33,088 bases of DNA from Candidatus Falkowbacteria bacterium (GTDB lineage Bacteria > Patescibacteriota > Patescibacteriia > Patescibacteriales > UBA12465). The position numbers and the translations under genes were made by a program. The notes below the pieces were generated by a model. It saw only the letters and a list, made by a program, of their open reading frames with translations, did no database searches and was not told the DNA's origin. The stretch lies in NCBI GenBank assembly GCA_903839955.1, contig CAIMEI010000053.1, positions 1 to 33,088 of the forward strand, given 5' to 3'. Positions 31,216-33,088 of the stretch are shown here, in pieces (position 1 is the first letter of the stretch; each line of letters starts with the position of its first letter).

Positions 31216-31664
31216 ATTTTTTTCAAAAGCTGGTAAGCAATTTTAACATCAACCGGCAATTCGGCGACTAAGGAAAATTCTTTTTTGCCGCCAAGCTTCT
31301 TCTGCCACAATTTCAAATAATAGCGCCCCTCCTTGGTAACTGGAAAGCCCTGAATATTGACGCGATGGCGAAACCTAGCGCTCCCCGGCTTGATTTGCTG
31401 GCTGTTTTCAAATGAACTCAAAACCAAGCCGCTAGAATCAATGAATTCCCCTTTTATTTCCAAGCTATTAGAAACCGACGAATCTTCGGCAATCCAATAA
31501 CTGACCAATTGGAATTCTACCGGGATAACAATTTTTTCATTTTCAACAATCTTGTCTTTATCAATCACCACATTCATCTCCTCAATACAACCAAAAATAC
31601 TAAGGATGTTGTTTTCGAAGTCAATTGACGATTTTTGGCAAAGCACCGACCAAACATGTTTCAT
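31212..31664 (-). CDS. hypothetical protein (beta-rich; possibly DUF6941-like)
   Basis: 150 aa. Its stop overlaps the DUF5680 start by 4 nt (ATGA), and it starts 4 nt after the XRE stop. Family assignment is uncertain. Confidence 0.6.
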   Translation of the reverse strand: MKHVWSVLCQKSSIDFENNILSIFGCIEEMNVVIDKDKIVENEKIVIPVEFQLVSYWIAEDSSVSNSLEIKGEFIDSSGLVLSSFENSQQIKPGSARFRHRVNIQGFPVTKEGRYYLKLWQKKLGGKKEFSLVAELPVDVKIAYQLLKKI

Positions 31665-31668
31665 ATTT

Positions 31669-32079
31669 TTATTTTATTAAAATTTTATTACTAACATCAA
31701 ATAACTCAGATTCTTGTTCATTTTTTTCGGCCCGGCCAGCGACCTCGCTCCCAAAAAAACAATATTCAACCACCTTGGAAAAACCAAAGATTCTCGACCA
31801 ATTGTCTTCTTGGAAATGAAGAGCGTCTTTTATCTTATTGAGGGTTTGGTAGCGGACATCAACACCGGCGTTTTCAATATTTGAAATCATTTTCTGGGTC
31901 GTGCCCGTTAGCGCGGCGAGTTCTTGTTGGCTAAGCCCTCGCGAAATTCTCGTGTTATATACCTCCGCACCCAACCTCATCCGGCCAGCCGCCTCCTTGG
32001 AATATTCCAAAAAACGCGGATTCTTCCTGGCCTCAGCCAAGGGGTCGACGGATGATTTTATTTTATTGGTATTTTTCAT
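31669..32079 (-). CDS. XRE family helix-turn-helix transcriptional regulator
   Basis: 136 aa. HTH: RISRGLSQQELAALTGTTQKMISNIENAGVDVRYQTLNKIKDAL. It has a C-terminal extension of about 45 aa. Confidence 0.85.
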   Translation of the reverse strand: MKNTNKIKSSVDPLAEARKNPRFLEYSKEAAGRMRLGAEVYNTRISRGLSQQELAALTGTTQKMISNIENAGVDVRYQTLNKIKDALHFQEDNWSRIFGFSKVVEYCFFGSEVAGRAEKNEQESELFDVSNKILIK

Positions 32080-32104
32080 AACTTTTTGGGTTTAACTTAA
32101 ATTT

Positions 32105-32133
32105 ATTATATCTAAATAGATATAGCCAGTCAA
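32105..32133 (-). promoter_or_regulatory. sigma70-type promoter of the XRE operon
   Basis: Minus strand: TTGACT (32133-32128), a 17-nt spacer, TATAAT (32110-32105). Confidence 0.6.
32107..32124. promoter_or_regulatory. 18-bp palindromic operator candidate inside the XRE promoter
   Basis: TATATCTA-AA-TAGATATA: perfect 8-bp arms occupying the spacer and overlapping the -10 box. Confidence 0.55.
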
Positions 32134-32160
32134 TAAAGCCAACTCATTTAATTTAAGAGA

Positions 32161-32190
32161 AAAAGGACCGCCTCTTTAGACAGTCCTTTT
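32161..32190 (-). terminator. possible terminator after the radical SAM gene
   Basis: AAAGGAC / GTCCTTT stem with a 13-nt loop and A/T runs on both sides. Confidence 0.4.
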
Positions 32191-32201
32191 GTTTTTTAGT
32201 T

Positions 32202-32990
32202 TTAATGCCGGAAAAATCCTTTTACCGGAATATTGTATTTTTTACTGAGCTCTCTTGCCTCTTTCTCGATCTCGTCCCAATCAATTTGGGAAAAATTCGG
32301 CAGATCCAGGCCGGCTTTTTGATAGGCCGCCTTAACCTTTTCTCGGTTATACTGCTGATAATTAAGCGCTTCAAACATGAGGTAGTCTATTTTTCCGCTC
32401 AGTTCCGAAATTATTAAGTTGAGGTCGCTGATGCCGGGCAAAATCGGCCCGACAAAGGCGTAGGTTTTTATTTGGTTATCATGTAGGAGCGAGAGAGCCG
32501 CCAAGCGATGCGCCGGCGAAGAAGCTGCTGGTTCAAAAATCCTAGAGATTCCCTCATCCAAAGAAGTGATAGTCAGTCCGACTTCGCAATGGGAAAACTT
32601 TTTCAAGATATCCATATCCCGCACCACCAGTTTTGATTTGGTGAGGATGGAAATGGGAAAGTCATGGCGGCTTAAAATCTCCAAGATCCCTCGGGTTAAT
32701 TGCTGCTTCTTTTCCAGCGGCTGGTAGGCGTCGGTGACGCTCCCCAAAAGAACGGTGCCGATTTTTTTACCCTGACCGGAAAGTTCTTTCGCCAAGACTT
32801 CAAGTGCATTGATTTTGACGTCCAAAAAATCGCCCCATTCCTCCTCATGATTTGTGAAACGCTTCATGAAGCAGGCGTAACAATAAACACAGGCGTGAGC
32901 ACAGCCGACATAGGGATTAACGCAATAATCCACCGCCGGCAATTTACTGGCGGCCAAGACCGTCTTGACCTTTATTTCTTGGATTTTCAT
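32202..32990 (-). CDS. radical SAM protein (SplB/COG1533 'DNA repair photolyase'-like)
   Basis: 262 aa. NPYVGCAHACVYCYA carries the C-x3-C-x2-C cluster motif in the sequence context typical of the spore-photoproduct-lyase-like family. Confidence 0.8.
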   Translation of the reverse strand: MKIQEIKVKTVLAASKLPAVDYCVNPYVGCAHACVYCYACFMKRFTNHEEEWGDFLDVKINALEVLAKELSGQGKKIGTVLLGSVTDAYQPLEKKQQLTRGILEILSRHDFPISILTKSKLVVRDMDILKKFSHCEVGLTITSLDEGISRIFEPAASSPAHRLAALSLLHDNQIKTYAFVGPILPGISDLNLIISELSGKIDYLMFEALNYQQYNREKVKAAYQKAGLDLPNFSQIDWDEIEKEARELSKKYNIPVKGFFRH

Positions 32991-32994
32991 GGCT

Positions 32995-33088
32995 TTAGCG
33001 GTTATTTAAATGGGCCAGAACTCGGCAATAATTTTTTCTTTCACCGAACCCCAGCTCGCCTCGCGCTCTCTTCAAAATATCATCAAAA
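32995..33088 (-). CDS. possible 3' end of an upstream gene (runs off right edge)
   Basis: Only one minus-strand frame is open to the window edge (...FDDILKRARGELGFGERKNYCRVLAHLNNR*). Its stop at 32995-32997 lies 4 nt before the radical SAM ATG. It is too short to identify. Confidence 0.3.
   Translation of the reverse strand, partial: FDDILKRARGELGFGERKNYCRVLAHLNNR

Noticed and set aside
1-33088. CRISPR arrays, tRNA/rRNA genes, transposases, integrases, long direct repeats
   Set aside because: Reading the intergenic regions showed no repeat-spacer periodicity, no cloverleaf-like GC-rich 75-nt segments, and no ORF with transposase or integrase motifs. Absence is by eye only; long dispersed repeats could be missed.

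Overview
This is a gene-dense window, about 90% coding and mostly on the minus strand, with no rRNA, tRNA, CRISPR array, transposase or integrase that I could find. The gene content looks like a Patescibacteria/CPR-type genome: a DUF4012 protein, a wHTH regulator and domain-minimised housekeeping proteins. That taxonomic call is inference only.

Left third (1-12433): a cell-envelope cluster. It holds a Wzz-like chain-length protein, a secreted beta-propeller-like protein, a GT4 glycosyltransferase, an O-antigen-ligase-family protein, DUF4012 and a wHTH regulator.

Middle (12510-17221): rplJ-rplL with a structured leader, then two tandem histidine-phosphatase paralogs (one catalytically degenerate), an AlaE-like exporter, an LMW-PTP, a HIT protein, and a plus-strand cassette of two small Cys-containing paralogs.

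Core (17232-27005): all three nucleotide-excision-repair genes lie on one strand. uvrB, a 54-aa ORF, a 541-aa HExxH protein, a CYTH protein and uvrA are packed with gaps of 11, 3, 8 and 12 nt behind a single consensus promoter. Next come a Fic gene and two AT-rich small ORFs, then uvrC.
- UvrB lacks its C-terminal UVR domain; a UVR-like signature sits in the separate 54-aa ORF.
- UvrA lacks the insertion domain.
- UvrC lacks the central region and the (HhH)2 domain.

I consider this minimised NER cluster with embedded uncharacterised genes the best candidate for an undescribed system.

Right end (27044-33088): a cytochrome-b5-like lipoprotein, a promoter-leader-terminator unit ahead of an MFS transporter, a GT-C-type membrane glycosyltransferase, an autoregulated XRE-orf150-DUF5680 operon, and a radical SAM (SplB-like) gene.

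About a dozen near-consensus TTGACA-N16-18-TATAAT promoters and many hairpin/T-run terminators can be read directly. Shine-Dalgarno sequences are essentially absent. All family assignments come from motif recognition by eye; no searches were run.
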